A stretch of DNA of 64,000 nt, from NCBI GenBank assembly GCA_051362555.1, contig CM120642.1:13702001-13766000 (forward strand). The letters run 5' to 3'. This document shows, piece by piece, positions 1 to 12,744 of the stretch. Position numbers and translations under genes: made by a program. The notes below the pieces were generated by a model, which worked only from the letters and a program-made list of their open reading frames with translations, was not told the DNA's origin and searched no databases. The DNA comes from Lingula anatina. Lineage: Eukaryota > Animalia > Brachiopoda. Position 1 is the first letter of the stretch. The number at the start of each line of letters is the position of its first letter.

Positions 1-79
1 TTTTCATAGATATATCACCGTTACATTTGTAACAAATCTAGATCAATTCACTTCATTTGATTTCGGGTTCGTCGACAGT

Positions 80-209
80 CACCCTGAGCTTCAGAGATAA
101 CTTGACACTAACCTCTTCACTATAGCCTATCTTCATCGTGTAACTTGACACGATGAAGATAGGCTATAGTGAAGAGGTTAATGTCAAGTTATCTCTGAAG
201 CTCAGGGTG
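80..209. repeat. Near-perfect inverted repeat (62-bp arms, 6-nt loop)
   Basis: Arm 80-141 (CACCCTGAGCTTCAG...CTTCATCGTGT) is the reverse complement of 148-209 with one mismatch (C108/A181). The loop is AACTTG. Confidence 0.95.
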
Positions 210-931
210 TTGATGGTACCAAAGGAAGTTAATTCACATACTAGAATATCGGGTGGAGCCAGCGGGGCATTTATTCTTTTTTCTTTATATTATAAAAAAA
301 CGCCATTATCTTGGACAGTCATTTGTCATTGTGATTCGCCTCATTTTGATAACCGTTTACTATTCCAAACTTCACATAACTGTTATAAAAAAGACTCTTA
401 ATTGCAAGGTCATTTCCTCCTTTTAATTCCTTTCAGATCAATATTTTCTAATTCCACTGACACCAATTATTGAAACAATTATTGGGCCATATGGGTTAAT
501 CACTTCGTAATTTAAAACTACTGACCTGACAGCATATACAGTAGGCTGTATATGTTTTGAAATATAGAAAGGCCTATAATCAGAAGCAACGGAATGGTAC
601 CTGAGCACCAGAGACAGATTAACGATGCTATTCCGTATTTAAAATGATATGCTAGCTAGAGGCATTGATCAAGTCGTTATGGATACATAGGAATAGAACG
701 TGGCTGAAACGCACCAATATGAAAGCAATGTTAAAGGTGCTTACATATAAAAATGTGAAAGTCTGGAGTCATTAACTGAATGTATTATTTTCATTGTCCC
801 AACGTACTCAATTAGTTATCAATTTTCTCATCTTTGCACCGGCACTGGGTGTAATCATCTTACAGAATGGTTTGCCTTTAAGCTTTTATCTAAGTGACAG
901 GATAGGTAATATGAGAGTGTAAATGTCATAC

Positions 932-1058
932 AATTTCATTTCCTCATGAATAGCAAAGGCATTGCCTTTACATATAATTTTATTTCCTTATAAATAGCAA
1001 TGACATTCCCTTTACATATAATTTCATTTCCTTATGAATAGCAATGACATTGCCCTTT
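932..1058. repeat. 44-bp minisatellite, about 3 copies
   Basis: Unit AATTTCATTTCCTYATGAATAGCAAWGRCATTGCCTTTACATAT starts at 932, 976 and 1020 with a few substitutions. Confidence 0.9.
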
Positions 1059-1327
1059 AAGTCATTTGCAAACGATAACATACGTCGCTTTATTTTAACT
1101 TCTAATCTATAAAATATACTTTTTTCATTGCCGATAATCACCTAAACATGACCTGGGAACTTAGTGGCATAAATTTGAATATGAGACAAAATTATTTAGA
1201 AGAACAGAAATATATCCACAATATTATGCATGTAGATAGGACTTGGTTTTACTTGATGCCCTTTTCTTTTCTTTGTCATTATTAAGTTTTTTCAATTGTT
1301 TCAGTTCTGTGTACAAATGTAAAGGTA

Positions 1328-1347
1328 ATATATATATATATATATAT
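1328..1347. repeat. (AT)n microsatellite
   Basis: Direct reading. Confidence 0.9.
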
Positions 1348-1882
1348 CTGTTCAACATGTTTTTTTAAAGCTCTACTGCAAACCCTGTTCCCAGGTAAAC
1401 GGCGTTACGTCAGTGGCACTGTTAATCAATTCTTCCAGAGGCTGCCCTACCCCCCAGAGAGGCGTCCTTGCTAATTATAGGTTGGTGAAGATAACTTATC
1501 CTTTTTTCCCTCGGAGAGACGCTCCCAGATTGGAGTGGCGCGTTGCTATCGGCCATAATACAAAACGTAACTTTGATATTCACAATTTATATATTAATAG
1601 TGCTGTCGGCTACATTATTGAATACACCCAAGAGTGCATATTTAACGCAGAAGAATGTGGGAAATCACCATGTTTATATCATATATCATACTTATTGATT
1701 AGCAGTTATAAAAATATGCTGTACAATGAAGGTATTTTTGCGTTAGAATCCAGGTTGCCTCTCCTGAAATTCAAGAAGCGTGAAAATGTTTGGCTTTTGA
1801 TTCTCTATGTAGTCTGTACAATCAAGCGCATGGATTTAAAGATCGTCGTTTTGCATGTAGTCATGTGTGTATTTTATGCCAG

Positions 1883-1965
1883 TGACAGACAGAAACCCAG
1901 ACGGACCCACAGACAGACAGACAACGGGCGGGGACGGACACACAGCCAATAGACGGATGGAAAAC

Positions 1966-1999
<34 letters not shown>
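1883..1999. repeat. Degenerate GACA/GACG tetranucleotide tract followed by a (CA)n microsatellite (1967-1999)
   Basis: gacagacagaaacccagacggacccacagacagacagac... followed by an AC run. Confidence 0.85.
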
Positions 2000-2000
<1 letters not shown>

Positions 2001-3415
2001 TTGAATGTAAGCCATGCGTAGCATTCGGTTCAACTTCGGTCGTGCAATGAAGATAACGTATTTTGATGGTTGCTGTATCGGCAGCAGTATCGCTACCGCA
2101 TTGCCATAGTAACGTCCACTGAGCAGTGACGCCGACGGCTCCTCTGATAAAAAGCACGGCGATCAGCGCCAAGGCTGACAATTTGTTGTGGAACAATCAG
2201 ACTTAATTCCGTTCCATTTCCCCTCGCCAGCGGTTATACCGTTGTAGGGCATTTTTCTTCTTTGTTGGACAATTACCAGTACTGTGATTGGATTTTAAAT
2301 GAGTCAAGCATGAAAATATCTAGTATTAAGGCAACATGCAGCTTAAGATATTCTGAAGAACTGACAGGCATAGTTAAGAGGTCCTCTTATATTTTATACC
2401 ACCTGCTGTCATGCACGTGCTTAGAGGGGAAATATATCTTTTAACTTTATTGGTTATACATGTACCTTTGTAATATTGTCACAATCTGCTGTTCGGTAGT
2501 TATGACAAAAGATCTGTGGTCCAAAAAGAAGGTGGGGTGACAGGAACATTTATATAAAATGATTTCCTGAATGTAAATATGGTGAGTTAATTTTTTAATA
2601 CGGGGACGTATGTTAACCTTGATACATGCTCTTTTACACGAAGTGATCTTATGTGTTTTGGCCGATAGATGGCTGCACCGTGTGTAACTTGAATCCAGTC
2701 AAAGATTGATGAGACTGTAAATCTTTTTAATACAGTTCAGTTAAGCCTCATTTCCCACAAATTTGATTCCCAGCATTTTGTGGCTTATATTAAGGCCTGC
2801 GCCAAGTACATTTTAAACCACCGGTGCGTCTCACAGAGAATAGATAGATGCATGTTTTGCTTTCCTTATTTTGAATCTGAAAATAATTCTCCATAGTTAG
2901 GGGTTGTTTCTGTGTTTAAGTAACGTTTTGAATTATAAATCGGGGTTATGTTACTGACATGCATATTGTTTGCCATACATATCTTTAATAATTATAAAAA
3001 AGCCGCAAATGATTCAGTTCTGATCGATATTTAGAATCAATGATATGTAAACCAGAAACATCTTTCTTTTGAAAGGGTTGGTAATATAACGTGGGTGTCA
3101 GGTTTTAAGGTTTAAGTATTTACAAAAAAAAATAGAAATGTGTTATCTCAGAGCAATATCGCCATCAAATTGCACAAAATTTATATTATATTATATTATA
3201 TTATATTGAACATGCATGGATAATTGCCCCTTATTTGATGGAATATTTTGCATATAGAGAAGAGAAAATGGTTTTTCGATTATCTCGACTACGTTTAGCT
3301 TATTTAGTTTTTTCAATAAACACGGTAGTTTTCATCATTACACTCGCACTTGCATTTTTTTTTTTTTTTTTTTTTTTGTCGTGTAGTATATCTTTTTTTC
3401 GATATTATATATATA

Positions 3416-5076
3416 CAGACTTGACATTTAATATGGAATATTTTTTTCTAAATCATTATTCATCAGTTTTTTTCCTATTTTGCAGACTGATAAATAAAAA
3501 TAAGGATTAAAATCGTGTTTTAATAACTTTTGATAAAATGTTCCATATCATTGCGACATCAGTTCTTTAATTGACTTCGCCAGTGAAGCAAACAAAAATG
3601 CATTGCCAATTTAAAGTCATACGACAACCATTGAAAGCGATATTTTGGATCTCCATATCTTCCAAATTATCGTCTTTAAAAGAGTTACACGACCCACAAA
3701 AGACCCTCATGTCAGTGTCTAGTCACAGTAACAATCGCTGCTATGCCTGACCTTATCTTCCTGCTACCAGAGCTTTCAAGAGGCAAGGCATTTCTTGCGA
3801 TAGTTTTTTTATAATTTAATCTGGAATAAAATTCCAGTCAACGGTTAAAACTTGTCCAATTTGGTTCAGTTTTGTTGTAGGACATGCAGGCCGTTGATTC
3901 GGCGACTATTGACCGAACCACATATTGTCAAAGTGGTTCAAATATGGCGATTTTGATGACCAAGGTAGCTGCTTATTCATTTGGTTCTGTAAGTTATCTG
4001 CTATAAAAAGTTCTCTGTGTGAACCAGCAATCTGATCGTGCAACCTAAAACTGTTCCTAAGGTGCCCCCTATCAAATGATAGTCAAATGGTTCCCAGATT
4101 ATTCCTTAATTTGATCTGGTTCAGGTTTTCATCGATGACTTCCATTGGTGTTTTGGCACCAATGTGGTATCAACTCCAAATATTGACGCTGTCAATGGCC
4201 CTAGTCACTTCAGAAGCGGTACACACCTTGTCGTAGGCCTCTTCAGGATGTCTGTAAACTTGTTTTGACCAATTAAGCGGTACATGTGAAATCTGACCTC
4301 AATAAAGAAAACAACGCGATTTCAGTGTTCTACCCAGAAACGGTAATGGTCCCCAATTCATTAGAGAAACAGACTACGCTGTTTTGCTGTTTACAGTGAC
4401 TTCCTCAGAGGTCGCCTTATATCCTCATCTGCTGAAACCATTTTGGTCTTCGCTTAGCGCCTTGAAAAACGCGTTTTGGTGACAATTTGCCCCTCATTTA
4501 AACGGACTAGGTGGTTTTGGTTTAATTGTAGCAGCATTTCCTGAAGGACATTGAGTCCTGTATCCTGGTGGTAAGATATCGATACATTGGACGTGTTGTC
4601 TGTGTGGGTACATAACCCGGGGCATTACTCTATGAAACTGTGCGGACAGTTCCGTTTGGGGCAATAATCTGTCTGGCAATGTCTGTCTTTTTCGCGCCAT
4701 TCTGGCACAGCTTAACGATTTTGATAAACAATGCTTAACTTATTTTACGCACTGCAAAACCGACCGCTTGCATGCAAAATTTCAAATTCTTCTATGCAAT
4801 GGTTGCCGACATATGTATACATTTTTGACAGAACCATGCCTCGCCAAAGCCAAGCTTTGACCAGCCCAAAGGAGCACTACCCAATTAAATCACTGCATAT
4901 CACACAATGCAGCAATGCATCAGACTTGGTAATCAGTTAATTGGTAGAGACACACCTGTCTTCACACTCCTCCAGTCAGATATTTTATATGAGATCTGAG
5001 TTTTTTCAATAAATAACGCATTTTTACCTAGGTATACCTTTAAAACTGAAATATTCCATATTAAATGTCAAGTCTG
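3416..5076 (-). mobile_element. Tc1/mariner DNA transposon, full length (1661 bp), non-autonomous
   Basis: Perfect 28-bp TIRs CAGACTTGACATTTAATATGGAATATTT (3416-3443; reverse complement at 5049-5076), flanked by TA on both sides (3414-3415, 5077-5078). An internal degenerate transposase lies on the minus strand. Confidence 0.93.
3712..4700 (-). pseudogene. Decayed Tc1-like transposase
   Basis: Putative start MARKRQ at 4700. The minus-strand translation of ~4195-3910 reads SVNIWS*YHIGAKTPMEVIDENLNQIK...QLPWSSKSPYLNHFDNMW, aligning with VSVWGAFHVGAQ...QLPWPANSPDMNPIENLW of the second element. It has several stops and lost catalytic residues. The 3' end is approximate. Confidence 0.85.
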
Positions 5077-5765
5077 TATTTATATACCAGTACGCGGATC
5101 TTAGGTAGCTCGTTAAGTAGTACCCTTGTACATCTAGTTACACACTTATGGTTCTTCTGAAGTCGAGCAGGGAATCCAATGGGGTCTTACATAACTGGCT
5201 AAACCAACTGAAAATAACGAATTGGCTTCCATCCAGAGATGACTCCCTTTAAGATTGAGGGCTGTGATAAAGGATTCTTCATTTCCAGCGATTAATACAT
5301 CACTGTTACCTGAATTAAAGTCGCATGGTAAGGTTCACAACACATTTTATAGATTGGATGTCTTTTGGCTATTTCGATAATTTGATGTCCTCAGGAAGGA
5401 AAATTGCAGAATTTCACATGCTATTGTGTTTAATAAAGTGGTAAATCACATAGGTATAATATATCTGAAAGCAAGTTACCATTAACAACAGAAAGTTTTG
5501 TTTCAAGATAGCTGTGTTTCCAGTTAGTTTAACCGAAGTGTTATCGGAAAAGAAATTGAAAATACCATACCAATGTGTTCACAATGTGTTCGATTTACAT
5601 TTGATCTGGTCAGAAGCATCATCCTCTATGGAGTCTATGGATAATTTTAATGTACGTGGTTTAATCACTACTTAAAGTCTGGTCTAACCTGATTTAACAT
5701 CAGATGCTCTAAACACTGTGGGTTTGGATCTGTGATCTATACTGGAGACAAATGTAAATACAACA

Positions 5766-5876
5766 TCAACATGTACACAAGTTGAGACGTTGAAGTGATC
5801 GTTGTATAAGTGGCTGTAGTCGAATCTGTTGTAGAATGCTCAGGGTAAAATCGTCTCGTTCGGTCGACCGATAATG
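5766..5876 (-). CDS. Possible downstream or terminal exon of the minus-strand gene
   Basis: Minus-strand polypyrimidine tract plus AG (cttcccttcccttttatcag) precedes 5876. Phase 0 reads HYRSTERDDFTLSILQQIRLQPLIQRSLQRLNLCTC* and would match the phase-0 donor at 12448. No homology recognised. Confidence 0.25.
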   Translation of the reverse strand, partial: HYRSTERDDFTLSILQQIRLQPLIQRSLQRLNLCTC

Positions 5877-8572
5877 CTGATAAAAGGGAAGGGAAGTTAC
5901 AACAAAATGGAATGCATGTACAAAATTCACTCTGGGGAGCTAAGCAAATTACCCACTTTCTAAATTCAAATGGATAAAAAAGAAAAAATACAACATATCC
6001 CACACAACTAAATAGGTATTAAGCAGGAATTAACACCTCACAACCTCTGGAACATCTATATGTAACTTAATACATAAAGCTTAAGGTCCGAACATAATAG
6101 AACCTGTGACCGACATGAGCTCGAACTGCAATCGAATTTTAGGAGAAAAAGATTCAATTTACGACCTAAAGACCTGCTTGGCTACGTTGCAGGTAAAAAC
6201 AACCTAGTCCAAAGAAAAAATCAGTGGCCGCTTGGGTGACGGACACATTGTATACGTTATTCTATCAAATAAGGGATGAGCCTGCGGCCTGCTGTATCGA
6301 CAAAATGATCAGAGCGTCACTCAAGGAAATAAAAAGAATTAAAGAAATAGTGGCTCATGTTTCAGAATTTTGGGAAGCCATAGAAGTCAAAACGTGCATT
6401 TTATAAGACTGCGGGCAAAACACCTTGGAAAGAAATTCCAGGTGAAAGTACAAATAGTCTAATACCGACATTGCTTTTGTGGCCTACGTCTTTTTTTTTT
6501 TTTTTTTTTTAGTTTGAGAGTGTGTTAAGAGTCTGAGACGAAGAATTAAACGTGCTGCAAGCAAAGCCATACAGTAGTATAAAGTATACTTTCATGGAAT
6601 TAAAGTGTTTTTAGCTGGAAAGCAATGTCTGAAGTTCGTTGAGTTTTTCTATCCACTCAAATTTTTAAGCTGGAAACCGTGCCACAAGCAACACCGTGGG
6701 ATGAATTTTTAGAAAATAAAAAAGAATCTGGATGAAAAAGACATGTCTGATATTGCCAAACCACATTCGCAAGGTTCCTCAGCGGAATCGTCGGTATGCT
6801 TATTTTTCTTTCTGACTATATTTGGTGTATGAAGTGAACATTTCCATGCTTAATTTAGGTAACAAGGCTTATATGTTATCAACAAGGGGCCTCGAAGTAC
6901 TTGATCCAGTGACTGAAAAGGCAGACATGGGTGATATATGCTAAACAGTAAATACCTCCATTATGCGCAATACTGATATTCGGTTTAGGTGTACACTTTA
7001 TATATGTCTGGCTTAAGGATGGAGTCCAGTGCTAAGAATCGAGCATTCGCGTACCGCAAGTTACAAAACGGCGGTGAGTTCACATTCTTTTTCAGTATAT
7101 TCATCAAGGAAAGAGATATGGCCACTGATTAAGAACGGACCATTGTTCTTGTTAATGGTGTAACAAAATATTTTAGGTCTTTGGCTTCTGGAATATACAT
7201 CTAATACACTGTATCATAGAACCTTTATCAGATTTAGGGCATCAAATTGAACTACCGGCCTATACATGTATATGTATAAAAAACTGGACGTTCTATAGGT
7301 TTGCCACTGCAATGTAAAATGTCAAAGATACCTTTAATGTCTAATTGAAATTAGAGGTGATGATGAATGGTCACATTGCCTGAAAAGAAGCGATAAGTGA
7401 TTTATCTGTCTGTGTTATTTCATTGTCTTCGAAAGCAGCTGCGATCCAGGCTTGAGGTCATAAATTTACCCTATACCTTGCCTACCTGTTGTGAAGGAAG
7501 GTTGGTTTCAATGCCTTAAAGGAGGAATTCAATGAATCAATTTCAGAACATTAGCGGCGAATCTATAGCGATTGCTGATACCCGTCTTTAATTGTTTTTT
7601 TTTATTATTATTCAAGGTGACATGTGCTATCTTTAAGACATAAGGAATCGTTTGTGATAACAGTCCCTATGTACATTATGTGCCAAGATAAAGTAAAACC
7701 GAACGGAATTTTATTCGATCTCTATATGGAACAATGATCAATCCTCACTAGACGTTTTTGACAATGATAAATGCAAAGAGCTAAACATTTCGCTTTCTTT
7801 AAAACGATAAAACACAGAGTATCATGTTGCATTTTTTGCGTTTCATTTGTTTTCTCTCCAGCTAATTTTCCAAGTGATTCGATTTTCTGAATTTTCTATG
7901 TTCAGTCTGATATTAAGAGCCTTCCGAAAGCTCTCATTATTCAGGTTACAGCTAGTCTTTTCCAAATACCATAATGGTGCCGTGCACTTTAAATCGCAGG
8001 TTTAATGTAATACAATAAGAATGATATCTCACACAAACAATATCTGTTTCGTTAGCACACGCATCTACAGTGCTTTTATTAGAGTAACAGTTTTATTGTC
8101 TTTTTTTGTTTTGTTCACTGATACGAGCTGAAAGACATGATTCGTATAACATTGGCCCACAAAGAGAAATGTTGCTCGAATTCGATTAACAAAATTTATC
8201 TGGGGGCGCCTGCACTGGGTTCGGCCATTACAACAGCTTGAGTACTAAACATTTCTTTGGGTAATGTTGCATATTGATATACTTTAATGGGTATGCTACA
8301 CATAAAACCTGTTGCCCTGCAGTTATTTTCTGATATGATTCTAATCACCCATATAAGTAACTCTGCAGCGAATTTCCCCTAATTTCATTAATTTCCTATA
8401 GCATATGGACATTAGTGAAATGAAAGTCAAATATCAAATCTACGATAGAGAGGACTTTGAGAAACTACTTATGTCAATTAATCGCGCAAACCTCTGTATC
8501 ACGGAAGTAGACGAATTATAGTATAACTGGCCACATGTTCGATTTAGAGAATATTGACTGCTCGTACACATT

Positions 8573-8648
8573 GCACTCACGCACGCACGAGCACGCGAGC
8601 ACACACACATACACACACACACACACACACACTCACGCGCACGCACAC
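8573..8648. repeat. Compound (CA)/(CG) microsatellite
   Basis: cacgcacgcacgagcacgcgagcacacacacatacacacacac... Confidence 0.85.
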
Positions 8649-11600
8649 CATACTTATCAAAAGAGATACATGTATCTGAGAGGCGTCATTCCATTTAAAC
8701 AGTACTTTCAATTACCATGATTTTCAGGCTGATAAAGAATATAATAAAAAATGCCCCTCTTTTTTATTAATGCAATAGAAGCAGTTCATGATATTTTTTA
8801 CCTACTGAAAAACGGGGTACATCTTTAGAGAACAGCAATGCTTAATTTTGCTGAAAGCATTACACACTTATTTTTATAAAATAATTACACGTCAATATTC
8901 TGTGATATCACAGCATATCCTGCCAGGTTACCGAAGATTGTTTTGATTAATCTAACTTCATATTTAGAATATAAGGTTGCGTTGAGTCTACTGTTCTACG
9001 AGCAATGAGCGATGCAAATGTATTAACGATTTTATCCGGTGACACGTGAGATTGGAAAAATACTAGATTAGAAATGCAAATAGAAGAGATGTATTACTGA
9101 ATACTTCACACATTACCATGTTATTTTATTTTTTTTTTTCTTTTCTTTTTTTGTGGATTCGTGGCACGAGATAAAGAATGCCGATACGAACCAATGACTA
9201 GGTTTTAACAATTAGCATTTTAGACAACTGTGTGTTCTTTTTACTCCAAAATGTATCCCCTTAGCATTACCCTTCCTCTCTTAGCTAAATGCAACATTCG
9301 GAGTCAGTGATCGCCTTTTTACTGCAGTTTCTGATTGATCAGATGTTCTTTTAACCACAGTTGGTTTCGCTTCCTGTTTATGGTCAGCGTGCCAGGATCG
9401 ATGGGGCTGTGATAATTGAAATAAGCACAATCGGGGCTTTATGTTTGATGGAGCAAATCCGAGTATTAAGTAGGGAGGCACCTTTGACATTTTGTAAAGG
9501 AACAACCTTGTATTAAAACCCCACGTTAAAGGAAGTTGATCGTTTTTACCTGTGGTCAACACATACGATCTGATCTGTGCGTGTTTACACGTTTAATTAA
9601 TATGCTTCTGGGTATGGTTCCACTCGAATGCCATTAGCACCATAACCATGTCATTTCATCTTACAACAGGTTAACACAGGTAAATAGTCAAGGCAATCGG
9701 ATCCGTTTATCATCTTGATTGATCGTGTCACTGTCCATTCCTTAATTAATGCCCACATATTGGGGATTTATGTAGTTACTTCCCTTGAGAGACTCGCAAT
9801 CCCCATTGCCTGTCACGCAATGCGAAGTATAAACTGTGCCGACAACCTCGAGAGTTGGTCTTACACCTCATTACTTCTCCAATGTAACAGTATCTATCAT
9901 GGATACGAAGGATGACAAATAGGTAACAAGGGCAGCAATTAGGGTATGAATATCTTAAGCTTATTCTAAGTATTTTATACAGTTGTTTATCAAATGGATC
10001 CAAAAGCAATTTAGACTTTTAAATGTGTTTTTTTTGGGTCATTTCGGTTAGCGCACTATTTGTCGGATGTTAGAGAAAATGTCTTTGCAGTTATTTTTCT
10101 TCCATTTTTGTTGACTGTCCATTGGGAGCAAAACAAATCATTTAAAATTCGCTGTTTTTGACCCCTATCAGAGTAAAAAAAAACTGCACTGCTTGCTTGT
10201 GCGTGCACCAATCTCAAAATGAATGATGGAGTGACATTTATTATCATTATCGTTCAAAACAATAACTGCTGCGGCACAGGGTGCAAGTGGTATCCGAATC
10301 TGTGCCTTAATATTAAACCCATTGTTTTGGATCTGGAGATAACACAATAGGGCACATCAGTGATCAATAGTCCGACAGATCATATCAATCCTAATGACTG
10401 GTTCCTGGGAGATCTGTCGTTGAGATGGGCAGGATCGATTATACTAGCTGGGTTTTGGCGCAAAAAGTCTGAACGGCTTTGAGGTAATGCTTTGATCTCA
10501 AGTTGAATCAGTGCGTGTCGAACAAAAGCCTCCATCCTGTTCTGATACCTGTACGCATGAATACGCCGGGTAGAGCTACTCCGACTTCCGTTGCTTTTGC
10601 TCTCTTTCGTGTCCTTTTATGCTCCGATCTTCCTCTCTGTGCGCAGCGTGTCGCAATGAATTTATATGCTAATCCCTCACGCTGTCTTTTGCAACATAGT
10701 GATGTTTTATTGAAACGTAAAGAATGCTCTTAATTAATTACTTAAAAGTTGCGATGTGTCCCTGGCGGGGCGGATGGCTGTTATTACTTTCTAATTAACT
10801 TGCTCCAGTGCGGTGGAACAGATACCTAACCATTATCCTAATGACCCGACTGTTTAGCTTCCAAGTCTGACCAGGCATTGCCACGCGCTCTACACAATCC
10901 ACCAGTTCACTTCTACTGCCTGGTTAATACTGACACCGCGTATTATAATAGGCAAGGGCGCAACATCAAAGCCAATTTCATTAACTTTGCAAAATCTGAT
11001 TGACGTCCCTTGTTCCATAGGCCATGGCATTTTAATCAACCATTGTCAGCGGCCTGTGGTAATCCAAGGGGCCGCTTTCAGAGTTCAACGCAAATACAAC
11101 GGTCACTTTTGCCGTATTTCAGTGTTTCTAACTTAAGAAACGGTAGACGGTAGACGGTACACTAAGACAAAGTCTCTCTTGAACGTGAGAAGGCCGACAG
11201 TATGTGGCATAATGGCTGCCTGATGAGTGTATGGGCCAGACGTACAATGCTTTCTGCTCACTTACATTTTTGTTTCTTTTAAATCAATTAAAAAATACTT
11301 GCATAAATCGATTTGATAATATGTATGCATGGGAAGCTTTTCTGCCGTTGACAAGTAAAGAGGGCGGATTAATTAGCCGACATCCAACGTGTGACTTACA
11401 AGTATAACGAAAGCGGAGAACTAATTCGAGCCTATGGCTCAGCAAGCGATAGACATCCTTGTACAATAGATTGTCACAGTGCGTCGCTGGTAAATTTGTT
11501 TGAGGACTTCGAAATAAACATGTTCTGCCACAAAATGCGGACTATATCTGGTTTACTGGGTTCGCTTTCTGTGAAAATAAACTGGGATCTATCAGACGGT

Positions 11601-12447
11601 AGGTTTCTCTTGACGCTTCCAGATTTTGGAAAGATAGCAAGTTGCGAAGATAACAAGCAATGCGGAAATTGATGGGTCTACCATCTTATCTATCCATCTA
11701 AAGGAAAGTAATGTAAGCGTTATTTGACACATTTGATTTATAGTTATAATATTTCGTTTTAATGATGTCTGCAACGTCTTAAAGGGTGTGACACAGCAGC
11801 GCAGGTCTACAGTGTTCTTAAGGTGCGCTGTGCGCAGAGGTTGCACGGGAACCAAGGCATCGACTTGGTCACATCTTTGTATCATTATTTAACCTTAGAA
11901 GAATGATACTGTTGGTGCGTTTTGCCAGTAACATTGACAACATTCCCGTTGCCTAGGAACAAGAACTTTCACACATGCCAAGTGTCGCCCTGTCAAGTGT
12001 TGATGCTCGCACTGGTGTCACCCACTTCACATCCAACCAAATATACAACCGATATCCTGTGACTTTCCATGATGGTTGAATTGCATAAATATTACACAGC
12101 ATTTGCTGTCACATTGCGAGTCATTACATTTTAACGGGGTGGATGAAACACCATGCTTATTTCCCAAAAGAGACGACTTTTCAGTGATTTCAAGGTTGCC
12201 ATCCGTTATCTTCTGACTGAAAGTATCTTAATCCACGACAAACAAATGGATGCCGTGTCTGGATTTTCTAAGCGCTTCAGATAAAACGTGAATCATGCCT
12301 GAGTAAACGTTCCTTGCTGCCTTGGCATTGTTGCGGACAGAACGACACGCTAGTGCCTTATAAGAAAATGTGGAAGCTGATGAGGCATTCACACGCGCTA
12401 CCGCCATTGATGCGTCCTGGAGAGCGGGATAAGCTAATGCTACTTAC

Positions 12448-12744
12448 ACATCTGCAGTTATCGGAGAATCGGATACTCTGTTTCTGAGAAATTGTTTTGA
12501 ATTTTGATGCGACTTGTTGAAAACGTGCGCTTTGTGATACAGAAGTGCGCGGCCTCTCTTGAATGCAGCACAGATTAAGAGTTGGAACAATTCGCGTAAC
12601 TTCTGGTATTGAAACGGATCCCGAACGCAGCGCATTTACCCTCGCATAATTTGCGTACAGGTTTAGAATAGGCCGCGGTTTTGGCAAAGATTTCTGCTGC
12701 TGAGCATATTGCCTCTGGAAATTCTCTGTGGCATTTAGTGACAT
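12448..12744 (-). CDS. Probable first coding exon (99 codons) of a minus-strand gene, product unknown
   Basis: ATG at 12744 with an in-frame stop upstream. Protein-like, CpG-retaining sequence MSLNATENFQRQYAQQQKSLPKPRP...IRFSDNCRC ends at a consensus donor T|GTAAGT (12447-12442), phase 0. Confidence 0.5.

Noticed and set aside
2100-2114. RFX X-box-like motif (TTGCCATAGTAAC), and a similar GTTGCCTAGGAAC near 11948
   Set aside because: Motif resemblance only, with no linked TSS evidence.
1413-2196. ORFs 1413-1952 (+), 1836-2033 (-) and 1861-2196 (-), the last with a signal-peptide-like start
   Set aside because: Two have non-ATG starts, they run through GACA/(CA)n repeats, and they have no splice signals or recognisable domain.
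6732-6793. Possible further plus-strand phase-2 first exon (MKKTCLILPNHIRKVPQRNR, donor CG|GTATGC)
   Set aside because: Only 20 codons, with a weak start context and a moderate donor. It cannot be distinguished from chance without transcripts.
9281-9562. 93-aa minus-strand ORF
   Set aside because: It starts at a non-ATG codon, the frame stops before the nearby donor, and no homology was recognised.
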